In this document: positions 1-8,785 of the stretch, piece after piece | How the letters are laid out: every line of letters begins with the position of its first letter | Position numbering within the stretch: the first letter of the stretch is position 1 | From: Candidatus Magasanikbacteria bacterium UBA922 | GTDB taxonomy: Bacteria > Patescibacteriota > Patescibacteriia > Magasanikbacterales > UBA922 | Direction of reading: 5' to 3' | Assembly (NCBI GenBank): GCA_002293825.1 | Contig: DBDW01000002.1 | Span: 18,059 to 82,058 of the forward strand | DNA: 64,000 nucleotides | The notes under the pieces: generated by a model | Database searches by the model: none | Seen by the model: the letters and a program-made list of their open reading frames with translations, nothing else | What the model was told of the DNA's origin: nothing | Program-made: the position numbers and the translations under genes

Positions 1-188
1 ATTTCAAGAATACCTAAGGTATTGATAATCAACAGTGCAATAAACCACCCTTTTTCTCCTCTTCTAGCTGCATACCATAGCGCAAGCCCTTTCCAAAGAA
101 ACGTCCACACCATCGACAATACAAAAAAACCAATAAATCCTCCTGCAACAGATGGTCCCCATCCTCCCACAAAATCAGTGATATTCAT
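1..188 (-). CDS. DUF5652-family small membrane protein (3' end runs off the window)
   Basis: Not in the ORF track. Manual translation: MNITDFVGGWGPSVAGGFIGFFVLSMVWTFLWKGLALWYAARRGEKGWFIALLIINTLGILEI, with the WKGxALWxAA...WF...NTxGILEI signature. Confidence 0.8.
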   Translation of the reverse strand, partial: MNITDFVGGWGPSVAGGFIGFFVLSMVWTFLWKGLALWYAARRGEKGWFIALLIINTLGILE

Positions 189-235
189 AAAAAATAATAA
201 GTAAAATATATACTATGTATCGTATTGTACTCAGG

Positions 236-1405
236 TTACTTCATACTCGTCAACGGAAGCTCGAACTCAAGATACCCCTTTTGAATCATATTCTTAAACT
301 CTTCATCAACCAATGAAACACGTGCCAACGCTTCCAAAATTTCTATTCGCTCATCATCATCTGCCACAAAAGGCTGACTTTGGGTATTAATATGAACAGG
401 AACCAATTCTAGACGAATAAAGAGACGTGAAGAACTCACATGTTTCTCAAACTCACCTTTGAGTATGAGTCCTTGCATTGTCTGACGTGAAAAATATTGA
501 TCGAATACAAAATTGCCTAAACTATAAAAAATAGGCTTACCACGATACAGCTCAAAAGGTTGTATCACATGTGGATGCGCACCAATAACCATATCAACAC
601 CCATGTCAATCATGTCATGCGCTTCTACAATCTGCAACTTTGACGGGGTGTCAGTCACATATTCAACCCCCCAATGTGGATATGCAATGAGTACATCAAC
701 AAGCGGACGAAGACGTTGTATTTCAGCAATAACATTTTCAAAACCTTTCTGAACCAATTGATGATACCCCACAAAACCTATCGTGATTCCATTTTTTTCA
801 ATCATTTCACCAAGCTTATGGTCACCCCTATTATTAGGATCACCAAACCATGCAATTCCAGCATCATCAAGAAAGCGTTTTGTCTGTTCCAATCCTTCAA
901 ACCCAAAATTAGACGTATGATTATTCGCAAGACTTACAATATCAAAATTATGCTTAAGTGAAGAAGTTACCTGCGGAGAAAAGGTAAAACTAAATCGAGC
1001 TCCACCAGTGCCATTAGAAATAGAAGTGTTGGTCGTGATAGGACCTTCCAAATTTGCAACCCTCACATCAATGCCGGTGAGGGTAGAAGAAATCATTCTG
1101 AATGCGTATCCAAAATCATTGTGTTTTCGTGCCAAAAGAAGCATGGTACGATCAAGCATAATATCCCCCACCGCAGCAAACGTAACTCGCCTCACCGACT
1201 CGTCAATCGACACCACAGATTCTTCTGAAACATGGTCTGTAGTGACAAATACATCAGTTACCAAATCATCCAAATTAGGTGCAAACACGCCACCTGGAAA
1301 CCAAAAAAATGTTGTAATAACTATGATACAAAGAATCAATCCTCCAATCGCACCATACTTCCAATATATATCACGCATATACGTATCTAACAAACGTCTC
1401 GACAT
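236..1405 (-). CDS. CapA/PgsA-family (poly-gamma-glutamate synthesis) metallophosphoesterase with N-terminal TM helix
   Basis: Motifs VGDIML, NLEGP, SLANNH, HWGVEY, GAHPHV, YSLGNFVFDQ. Confidence 0.9.
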   Translation of the reverse strand: MSRRLLDTYMRDIYWKYGAIGGLILCIIVITTFFWFPGGVFAPNLDDLVTDVFVTTDHVSEESVVSIDESVRRVTFAAVGDIMLDRTMLLLARKHNDFGYAFRMISSTLTGIDVRVANLEGPITTNTSISNGTGGARFSFTFSPQVTSSLKHNFDIVSLANNHTSNFGFEGLEQTKRFLDDAGIAWFGDPNNRGDHKLGEMIEKNGITIGFVGYHQLVQKGFENVIAEIQRLRPLVDVLIAYPHWGVEYVTDTPSKLQIVEAHDMIDMGVDMVIGAHPHVIQPFELYRGKPIFYSLGNFVFDQYFSRQTMQGLILKGEFEKHVSSSRLFIRLELVPVHINTQSQPFVADDDERIEILEALARVSLVDEEFKNMIQKGYLEFELPLTSMK

Positions 1406-1425
1406 AGTGTGTCGAGACGTAGAAA

Positions 1426-2862
1426 TTAACCATATTCTTCAGAGTCTGTAATTAATTCTTCACCAGAGTCAGTAATAATACGTTTTTTTGTAACATCATT
1501 TCCAGGAGTAGACTGAGAAGTGGAAATTGATGAAGCAACAAGTTCGACGGGTAATCCTGCAGGTGGTTCTGCCGATTTATTTGCAGCTTTTTGTAACAAC
1601 GGTGTCTTCACGTGAGACATTGGGAAATGCCACACCGTCGCCAACTCCTCAATATTGAGTGGATATGAAGGAACACTAGCGTCCATCGCGCGAGATTTAT
1701 AGGCATCCATAAATTCTGCTTTCTTTTTATCGTTACCAGCAGTCGCACCGACCACAATCGAATTGGCACTAGGAATATTGAATTGATTAATCGAACCAAT
1801 CAGGGCAGTAACCCCACGAGAAGGGTTGAATACTTCTTTTCGCGCAAGATACACCGCTCGAATATTGGTTTCAAAACCAATTTTCATAATTTTCCGCTCC
1901 ATCGCTTCGACCAATTTTATCTGTCCTGGAGTCATATACTTGAGCTGATTCTTGTCTTTTGATTCCTCTGCAGGTGCAGATTGCTCACCACCAAGACCCA
2001 AAACTGCTCCAAATATCTGCCGCCCTGCTTCAACCACCAATCCAGCACTTTCTTTGGCAATAAAATTATCAGTAAGAAAACCCATACCACTTCCACCCGA
2101 ACCCCCTCCCGCATCTTCACCGATAAATTCTTTGATTTTTGCGATAACAATCTCTTTCCATGAATTATCAGTGGGACGAACCAAGATCTGAAGCCACATT
2201 TGTTCCCCATGACCAATACGTGCAAAACTCTCAAGCATAGTTCCCATCGGATCCTTGAGCACAGTATCTTTTGATATAGAATGTTCAAATTCTTCATACG
2301 ATCGAATAGGAAATGCCGGATTTTCCGCAAGCACAAAATCACCTGCCCACATATCATACTCAGAATTAGGAAAATTAGATGGAGCGGAAGTAGTATAATC
2401 TTCTACTTCAGTAATTTCAGCTTCTGGATATTGTGCGTAAATTGCAGTTTCTACCAAATCTCGATATTGAGCTTCAGTCCATACCAAAAACTGAATATAC
2501 CCTTCGATAGAAATAACTTCAAAACTAAACCATTTCTGAGTATATCCTTCGATAAATTTACCTTTAAGATCTGGTTTTGAAAATACGCCCGCAAGATGAC
2601 TAAATAATTGCTCCACTGCTTTTGGTGTCTGAATATTTAACTGCGGTATATCGATCGCAAGCGTAACAAATTTCCACTGACGTGTATGTCTTTTTTTTCG
2701 CATACCATGATACTCACCAAGAATTTGGCGCAATAAAAACGTTACCAATGGTATCCACAAAAAAACAGCGTATGCCTGTGCCACGATCGAAAACGGTGAT
2801 TGATTAAAAAAATCAAAAACCATGGTAAAATCAAACGTAAACAATCCAAAATCCATAGACAT
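1426..2862 (-). CDS. Conserved CPR-type membrane-anchored hypothetical protein
   Basis: 478-aa ORF with N-terminal TM; FSFEV, IYAQYPEAEI, EQMWLQIL, LNIEELATVWHFP blocks that I recall from a CPR family also seen fused to TraG/VirD4-like ATPases; no Walker motifs here. Confidence 0.6.
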   Translation of the reverse strand: MSMDFGLFTFDFTMVFDFFNQSPFSIVAQAYAVFLWIPLVTFLLRQILGEYHGMRKKRHTRQWKFVTLAIDIPQLNIQTPKAVEQLFSHLAGVFSKPDLKGKFIEGYTQKWFSFEVISIEGYIQFLVWTEAQYRDLVETAIYAQYPEAEITEVEDYTTSAPSNFPNSEYDMWAGDFVLAENPAFPIRSYEEFEHSISKDTVLKDPMGTMLESFARIGHGEQMWLQILVRPTDNSWKEIVIAKIKEFIGEDAGGGSGGSGMGFLTDNFIAKESAGLVVEAGRQIFGAVLGLGGEQSAPAEESKDKNQLKYMTPGQIKLVEAMERKIMKIGFETNIRAVYLARKEVFNPSRGVTALIGSINQFNIPSANSIVVGATAGNDKKKAEFMDAYKSRAMDASVPSYPLNIEELATVWHFPMSHVKTPLLQKAANKSAEPPAGLPVELVASSISTSQSTPGNDVTKKRIITDSGEELITDSEEYG

Positions 2863-3030
2863 CTAATCTTCAGCGTGTACCATATTAAAAATAATAGGAT
2901 ACACAATCAAAACAAGAAGAGCTATAATCCACCAACCAAGCGTACCTGCAATATACCCTGCCAAAAAGACAAGTAAAAAAGCGGCAGTCCCCATAAAAGC
3001 AATAACATGACGTGTAGAGGTATCAGACAT
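2863..3030 (-). CDS. 55-aa two-TM membrane protein
   Basis: Below the ORF-track cutoff: MSDTSTRHVIAFMGTAAFLLVFLAGYIAGTLGWWIIALLVLIVYPIIFNMVHAED; its TAG directly abuts the next ATG (TAGATG). Confidence 0.7.
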   Translation of the reverse strand: MSDTSTRHVIAFMGTAAFLLVFLAGYIAGTLGWWIIALLVLIVYPIIFNMVHAED

Positions 3031-3081
3031 ACAAAAGATAGTTACAAGTATCTACAGTATACCACAGTATATATAAAGCTC

Positions 3082-3115
3082 AAAAAAACTCACACGTGAT
3101 ACGTGTGAGTTTTTT
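3082..3115. terminator. Intrinsic terminator downstream of secF
   Basis: Perfect inverted repeat AAAAAACTCACACGT-GAT-ACGTGTGAGTTTTTT. Confidence 0.85.
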
Positions 3116-3131
3116 CTCTCATAAAAGAGCG

Positions 3132-4064
3132 CTATGCTCGTTTTCTCTTGTCCCAACGATGTGAAACGACCAATAATTGAGACGCAATGAAGATAGAAGA
3201 GTACGTACCAAAAAAGATTCCGATAATCAATGCAAGGACAAAATATCGCACTGATTCACCTCCAAAAAAGAACATTGCAGCAAGTACAATCAAAACAGTA
3301 ATCGATGTGTTTACTGAACGAATAAATGTCTCATTAAGCGCTCGATCTACCGTAACTTCGAATTCAGATGTGCCATATTTATTCAAATGCTCACGAATAC
3401 GGTCGAAGACGACAATGGTGTCATGTACAGAAAAACCAAGAATTGTAAGTAATGCGAGCACGAATGAAATACCCACTTCAACACCTAAAAAGTGCCCAAG
3501 AAGTGAGAACGCACCCATCGTAATAATTACATTATGGAACAATGCTACAATTGCGGCAATTCCATATTTCCACGAAGCTACCGGTCGAGAAACTTTTCTG
3601 AACGTAAATGCAATATATCCTCCAATAGCTACAAGTACTGCAAATACTGCCTGCACCGATCGTTCTTTAAGCGACTGGCTAATCGCAGGACCAATAGTTT
3701 CAATACTTTCTTCAAGAACCTTGTTACCCTGAGAAGTTTCAGTTGCCTCAACTTCAAACGCACCACGAACACGAGTAAGAATGTCTTGATGTTCATCTTC
3801 AGTAATAAAACGTAACCGAACCAAAAAGCCTTGCTCCCCAACCGGCTGAACAATAGCCTCTCCATAAATATCACGAGGAATTACCTCTTGCATGGCAGAC
3901 AATTCAGGTCTTTCTTCAGTAAATGCAAACTCAATCAATGTTCCTCCAGTAAAATCAATACTTGGTTTGAGACCATACACAATCAAACTCACCACACTCA
4001 CTGCTACACATACTGCTGAAAATAGGAAAAAATATGCTTGTTTTTTAACAAATGGAATATTCAT
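3132..4064 (-). CDS. secF: Protein translocase subunit SecF
   Basis: IDFTGGT, GFSVHDTIVVFDRIRE, GTYSSIFIAS; six TM segments; downstream of secD. Confidence 0.97.
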   Translation of the reverse strand: MNIPFVKKQAYFFLFSAVCVAVSVVSLIVYGLKPSIDFTGGTLIEFAFTEERPELSAMQEVIPRDIYGEAIVQPVGEQGFLVRLRFITEDEHQDILTRVRGAFEVEATETSQGNKVLEESIETIGPAISQSLKERSVQAVFAVLVAIGGYIAFTFRKVSRPVASWKYGIAAIVALFHNVIITMGAFSLLGHFLGVEVGISFVLALLTILGFSVHDTIVVFDRIREHLNKYGTSEFEVTVDRALNETFIRSVNTSITVLIVLAAMFFFGGESVRYFVLALIIGIFFGTYSSIFIASQLLVVSHRWDKRKRA

Positions 4065-4069
4065 AGTAA

Positions 4070-6121
4070 TTACGATTGTTCTTTTGAATGACGTCCTGAC
4101 CCGAGGAACAACGGTCCTCCATCACGTGCAGTAAACCATGGTACTACAAATCGTAACATCACACGAGTTGCAGTAATTGCGCTAAAGAGACTAACCAAAA
4201 TACCAATAATAAGCGCAATAGCGAATCCTTTCACAAAATTAGTTCCAAGCCAAATAAGTAACGCACAGGTAATCAGCGTAGAAACATTACCATCACGAAT
4301 CGATGTCCACGCACGTTTAAACCCTTCTTCAACAGCAACCTTGAGACTCTTTCCTTGCTGTAATTCTTCTTTCATACGTTCAAAAATAAGAATATTCGCA
4401 TCAACCGCCATACCAATAGAAAGAATAAAACCCGCGATTCCTGCAAGTGTCAACGTAACTCCAATTAGTTTGAACAATGCAAGCGTAACTACAATATACA
4501 GTGCAAGTGAAATAACCGAGAGAACACCAGGAAGACGATAATACAATGCCATAAACAACATGACCACAACTACTCCAATAATACCAGCAGTAACACTCAT
4601 AGAGACCGACTGAGCACCAAGTGTTGCACCTACTGTTTCCTGACTTGCCAATTCTACTGGAACTGGGAGTGCACCTGTATTCAATCGCTGAGCAAGCATG
4701 CGTGCCTCCTGTATATTTCCAGCACCTGTAATAACTGCCTGACCATCGCGAATCACGTTTTGAACTCTTGGGTCACTAATTGCTTGTCCATCAAGAAAGA
4801 TAGCAACCTGCTTACCAAGATTCCGCTCAGTAATTTCGGCAAACAATTTTGTACCCTCATCATTAAAATTGAGAGATACCTGCACAGCACCGGTCGTAGG
4901 GTCGGTCACAACCTGTGCTCGGGAAAGCTGTTTTCCTGAAAGACCGGTATCCTTCCATTCTTCCTGCGGAGGAACAATGTCAGTTTTCGATCGTGTATCA
5001 ATAAAAATTCGAGAGACTTCATACGCCTTACCTATTCGTTCATCCTGCTTGTAGATCACATGAAAACCAAAAGCAGTTTCCACTGGACCAATAATCTGAC
5101 CTTTTTCTGCAGAAAATAACGCATTTTCAAATTCAGACACTGCAAGCCCTCGAGGCACCCACCCAAGACTACCTTTAGTAAATGATACTGTTGGTTCAGT
5201 AGAGTTTTCCTCAGCAAGTGCTGCAAAATTATCACCCGTTGCCTGATCAAACAATTCTTGAGCTTTTGCACGTGCTTCATCCTTGTTATACATCGGATTA
5301 TCACACTGTACAGCACCTAAATAACAAATCAAAATATGACTTGCGAGCACTTCAGGACCGCTCTCACGCTCCCCACCTCTCTTCAAAATATTGTATCCAT
5401 CCAATGTAGTGAGTAGCGTCTTCGAAATAGTTCCTGCTGTAGAGCTTGCAGCCCATGCATAAATTTCTGGTTCAGTAGTAGTCGAGGTGAGATACCCCAG
5501 ATATCCCCCATTCACTTTACTAGCTTCGTCTTCAGATAATTCACGTGCAAGTTCTTCAAATGACTCTTTTCGATTTAGACGTCTCAAAATATCGTTCGCT
5601 CGTTTCTGCGCGTCGGCATTGTATGTTTCAAGTTCTTCTTGTTCTTCAGCGGTTAATTCACGTGGAGGTTCTGTATTTATCTCCTTGAATTCCAAAATTG
5701 GTGTCTGGCCAATCAAATCTACTGCCTGCTGGATATCCTGAATACCCGGTAAATCTACAGTCAATCGATACGAATCACCAACCTTACTCGTTTGCACCTG
5801 TGGCTCAGACACACCAATACCACCCACGCGTCGCTCGATTACATCACGTACACCCTCTAGCGCATTCGATCGCTCACTCTCAGCAATCGCGCTCATATCG
5901 GCTTCATACGTCAAATGTGCCCCACCTTTAAGATCCAGACCGAGTTTAAAAGGTTTATCAGGAACCAAAGGTAACGCAAGCGCAGCCTTTTCATTGAGCC
6001 ATGAAATTACAGTATTCACTGGCTTCGGATACACAAACACACCCGACACAATAAGTAAGGCAAAAATTCCCACAATCCCCCATTTAACTTTCGACCGAAT
6101 ATCACTAGTATGACGTCTCAT
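4070..6121 (-). CDS. secD: Protein translocase subunit SecD with two inserted parvulin (PpiC) PPIase domains
   Basis: LGLDLKGG, LNTGALPVP, IGMAVDANILIFERMKEE; insert contains ASHILI...FAALAEENSTE...GSLGW...EFENALF...GPVETAFGFHVI; start placed at ATG 6121. Confidence 0.95.
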   Translation of the reverse strand: MRRHTSDIRSKVKWGIVGIFALLIVSGVFVYPKPVNTVISWLNEKAALALPLVPDKPFKLGLDLKGGAHLTYEADMSAIAESERSNALEGVRDVIERRVGGIGVSEPQVQTSKVGDSYRLTVDLPGIQDIQQAVDLIGQTPILEFKEINTEPPRELTAEEQEELETYNADAQKRANDILRRLNRKESFEELARELSEDEASKVNGGYLGYLTSTTTEPEIYAWAASSTAGTISKTLLTTLDGYNILKRGGERESGPEVLASHILICYLGAVQCDNPMYNKDEARAKAQELFDQATGDNFAALAEENSTEPTVSFTKGSLGWVPRGLAVSEFENALFSAEKGQIIGPVETAFGFHVIYKQDERIGKAYEVSRIFIDTRSKTDIVPPQEEWKDTGLSGKQLSRAQVVTDPTTGAVQVSLNFNDEGTKLFAEITERNLGKQVAIFLDGQAISDPRVQNVIRDGQAVITGAGNIQEARMLAQRLNTGALPVPVELASQETVGATLGAQSVSMSVTAGIIGVVVVMLFMALYYRLPGVLSVISLALYIVVTLALFKLIGVTLTLAGIAGFILSIGMAVDANILIFERMKEELQQGKSLKVAVEEGFKRAWTSIRDGNVSTLITCALLIWLGTNFVKGFAIALIIGILVSLFSAITATRVMLRFVVPWFTARDGGPLFLGSGRHSKEQS

Positions 6122-6156
6122 AAATTCAAAAATCACTAACAAATAGAATGAGCCGT

Positions 6157-6185
6157 ATTGTACGGGAAAAGGGTTGAAGCGTCAA
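6157..6185 (-). promoter_or_regulatory. Sigma70-type promoter for secD-secF
   Basis: Minus strand reads TTGACG-17 nt-TACAAT. Confidence 0.65.
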
Positions 6186-6203
6186 GTTGAAGAGGTGGAA
6201 AGT

Positions 6204-7025
6204 TCACATCTGCTTTTCAACCACAATCATTGCAGTACGTTCCTCAGTAATCGGCACATGATTCCCAGTTTCGTAATCCCGAAACGAATCTTCAAAATTT
6301 TGGTATGAATACGTGAATTTTTCTCCCAATCGGGTCCCCGGATCGTTCGTAATGATCACTTGATTCACCTCATCATACCCGATTGCAACAAGCATGTGTC
6401 GCTCAGGCCCGGGTGGTTTGAAATTTGGATTAGCGAGAATTTGTCCATTAAATGGAATAATCAAAATATTTCCTGCTGCAAGCTCACGCTTCACATCAGT
6501 GAGTGTAATGTCATATTCCACACGCCCACCCATATACCCATAAAATTTTTTGAGTAATCGTGTATATGTATCTTCGGCAGACGTATCCCGATATCCGCCG
6601 TAGTGAGTTTCCTCCCAATTAGACATGTTTGTTATTTCTTCAAGAGCTTCTTGTCGAGTAAGTTTCTGACCCGTTGCCCAACGATACGCCATAAGTACCG
6701 ACGCTTCTTCGCACCCATCTTGTTGACGAGAATCTGACCAATCGCCCAACGGCGCTTGCGGAGTGAACGGAACATCATGCACGATCTTCACTGGAAGCTG
6801 TTCTGTGGTTGAGGTGGGGACCAGCTCGTCCGGTTCGGTTGAAGTGGTAATTATCGGCTCAGGAATAACGTCAGGTGTGTGAGTAACAACCTCAGTAGTA
6901 GAAGGTGTGCTAGTGCGAAAAACTATCGCTGGTCGTGATAACGAAAAAAGATAAGACGCTACGAAATAAGTTCCAAATAATATAGAAACAAAAAATAAAA
7001 GTATAGAACTAATTCGCTTCAACAT
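6204..7025 (-). CDS. Membrane-anchored C39-like cysteine peptidase
   Basis: N-terminal TM, Thr/Pro-rich linker, VPFTPQAP...QQDGCEEAS (Cys), HMLVAIGYD (His), NDPGT (Asp). Confidence 0.85.
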   Translation of the reverse strand: MLKRISSILLFFVSILFGTYFVASYLFSLSRPAIVFRTSTPSTTEVVTHTPDVIPEPIITTSTEPDELVPTSTTEQLPVKIVHDVPFTPQAPLGDWSDSRQQDGCEEASVLMAYRWATGQKLTRQEALEEITNMSNWEETHYGGYRDTSAEDTYTRLLKKFYGYMGGRVEYDITLTDVKRELAAGNILIIPFNGQILANPNFKPPGPERHMLVAIGYDEVNQVIITNDPGTRLGEKFTYSYQNFEDSFRDYETGNHVPITEERTAMIVVEKQM

Positions 7026-7026
7026 A

Positions 7027-7575
7027 TTATACAGATGTGTTCAACCCGACCTCAGGAAGTTCAGCCACTGTGGTTTTTCCAATCGCCACGTTTAATTTAC
7101 CGTGGAAAAATTTTCCAGCACGTGCCATGATCGAGAGTGCAACCGAACGATGCATTCCTTCAATCACTTGAATCGTACCGTCTGGCAACTCGAGCGCAGT
7201 AATGACCGAATCCGTCGGATACTCTTCCATAATTGAGATAATTTTTTTCAAACTTCGCAGATCTTCCCGCTCTGCAAGCATTGCAAACTGAACCCGTCTC
7301 AACCCATCATAATATCGTTCGATCCAAGTACGAAACGGACCACCATACCAACCAGATATTACTTCCGAAGGATCGGTAATTTCATATAAACCCCAATCTA
7401 CTTCCCTACACTTGAATCTCTCGGCATATCCTCTGAGCCTCCATTCCGCCCAATTACTAAAACCACGCTCTTGTGCAAGCACCTGCCAATCAGGATTTTT
7501 TCCTTCATTTTTGTACCACTCAAGAAATACTTCCTCCCATTCGCAGGTACGGATCAGTGAAATACGTGAATCCAT
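7027..7575 (-). CDS. Hypothetical protein with a ParB/sulfiredoxin-like motif
   Basis: 182-aa ORF in an operon-like run; IQVIEGMHRSVAL resembles the hhhDGxHRxxA ParB/Srx signature. Confidence 0.55.
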   Translation of the reverse strand: MDSRISLIRTCEWEEVFLEWYKNEGKNPDWQVLAQERGFSNWAEWRLRGYAERFKCREVDWGLYEITDPSEVISGWYGGPFRTWIERYYDGLRRVQFAMLAEREDLRSLKKIISIMEEYPTDSVITALELPDGTIQVIEGMHRSVALSIMARAGKFFHGKLNVAIGKTTVAELPEVGLNTSV

Positions 7576-7577
7576 AG

Positions 7578-8186
7578 TTATGATAATAAAAATTTCTGTA
7601 ATTGAGAAAATTGTTTGAGAGTGTATAAAAAACCTTCTCCGCCCTTTTTCCGATACAACTCAACTACCGCAGAAGAATCGTCGATCATGAGTGTATTTTG
7701 CACATCTTCATTCAATTGTGCAAGCACAACATCAAATAATTCACCATAATTATCCTTTTTAAGCATTCCGTAATCACTTGAATTAACAATTACCTCAAAT
7801 AACTTAGATAATTTATGATTAGCCACAGTAATCTCTGAAAAAACATCCATATTATTGGTAACCAATCCAACTTTTATTCCTTTGATCTTTAGCTCTTTTA
7901 CCAAAGAAACAACCTGTTCATCGAGCTTCATTTTTCGAACACTTTCGAGAAACTGAGTGTGGAGCCAGCCGGATTCAACCCCGCACGCAGTAGCAATAGT
8001 ATTATTTATACCACGAGAATCAATCTCCCCACGCATCCATCGTGCACACAATTCAGCATCACCAAAGATATGTTTCTGAATCCAATCAACAATAGATTGA
8101 TACTCCGGTATCAACGTATGCGTGTAAAATCGATCTCGACACAGTACACCGTCGAAATCAAAAAGGATTGCTGAATAGTTTAACAC
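7578..8186 (-). CDS. HAD-superfamily hydrolase
   Basis: Motif I FDFDGVL, motif II VTNN, motif III K, motif IV MIDDS. Confidence 0.9.
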   Translation of the reverse strand: MLNYSAILFDFDGVLCRDRFYTHTLIPEYQSIVDWIQKHIFGDAELCARWMRGEIDSRGINNTIATACGVESGWLHTQFLESVRKMKLDEQVVSLVKELKIKGIKVGLVTNNMDVFSEITVANHKLSKLFEVIVNSSDYGMLKKDNYGELFDVVLAQLNEDVQNTLMIDDSSAVVELYRKKGGEGFLYTLKQFSQLQKFLLS

Positions 8187-8198
8187 AAAAATACTTAA

Positions 8199-8501
8199 TT
8201 AAGACTCATCCAAAATAATACGATCTTTAAATCTCCCACGCTCTTGGGCTTTCTCATTTCTGACCTTTTCAATAATATTTCGATCAAATCCTTTATATTC
8301 TGCAATTGCGTCGAGTACTTCAAGAAGATCTGCAAGTTCTTCAATACTCTCATCTGCCTGGAGCTCCTGCACTTCTTCATTCAACTTCTGTTTCAATTTT
8401 TCCCAATACTCGACTTCAGAAGCGACATGATACACTGGTGTACCACCTTTCTCCCGGATATATTCCGGAATATTGTCACGAACAAGTTTGTCGTACTTCA
8501 T
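8199..8501 (-). CDS. MazG-like nucleoside triphosphate pyrophosphohydrolase (phosphoribosyl-ATP pyrophosphohydrolase-like)
   Basis: YDKLVRDNIPE, KLNEEVQEL, EELADLLEV, KAQERGRF. Confidence 0.88.
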   Translation of the reverse strand: MKYDKLVRDNIPEYIREKGGTPVYHVASEVEYWEKLKQKLNEEVQELQADESIEELADLLEVLDAIAEYKGFDRNIIEKVRNEKAQERGRFKDRIILDES

Positions 8502-8517
8502 ATAAAATAATAAACAA

Positions 8518-8733
8518 TTATTCACCAAGATATTCAAACCGCTTTTGCTTCTTTCCATTCACCTCAACCTCTTCCAAGAACATTGCACGTGGTCGCACCC
8601 ACAATTTTGAAATTTCATTTTCATAAAGTGCCTCATACACGACCAATTCTTCGAGAGATTCACTATGTTTTGCAACACCAAGAACCCTATACTCACGACC
8701 TTTATAATGACGATACCTTCCTACAATAGACAT
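8518..8733 (-). CDS. DUF1653-family protein
   Basis: GRYRHYKG, AKHSESLEELVVY, WVRPRAMF. Confidence 0.9.
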   Translation of the reverse strand: MSIVGRYRHYKGREYRVLGVAKHSESLEELVVYEALYENEISKLWVRPRAMFLEEVEVNGKKQKRFEYLGE

Positions 8734-8785
8734 ATATTTTTATCATAACAAATAACGTAGACCGAAGTCTACGTTATTATGATAG

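Noticed and set aside
22-204. Plus-strand 60-aa ORF
   Set aside because: Antisense shadow of the DUF5652 gene on the minus strand
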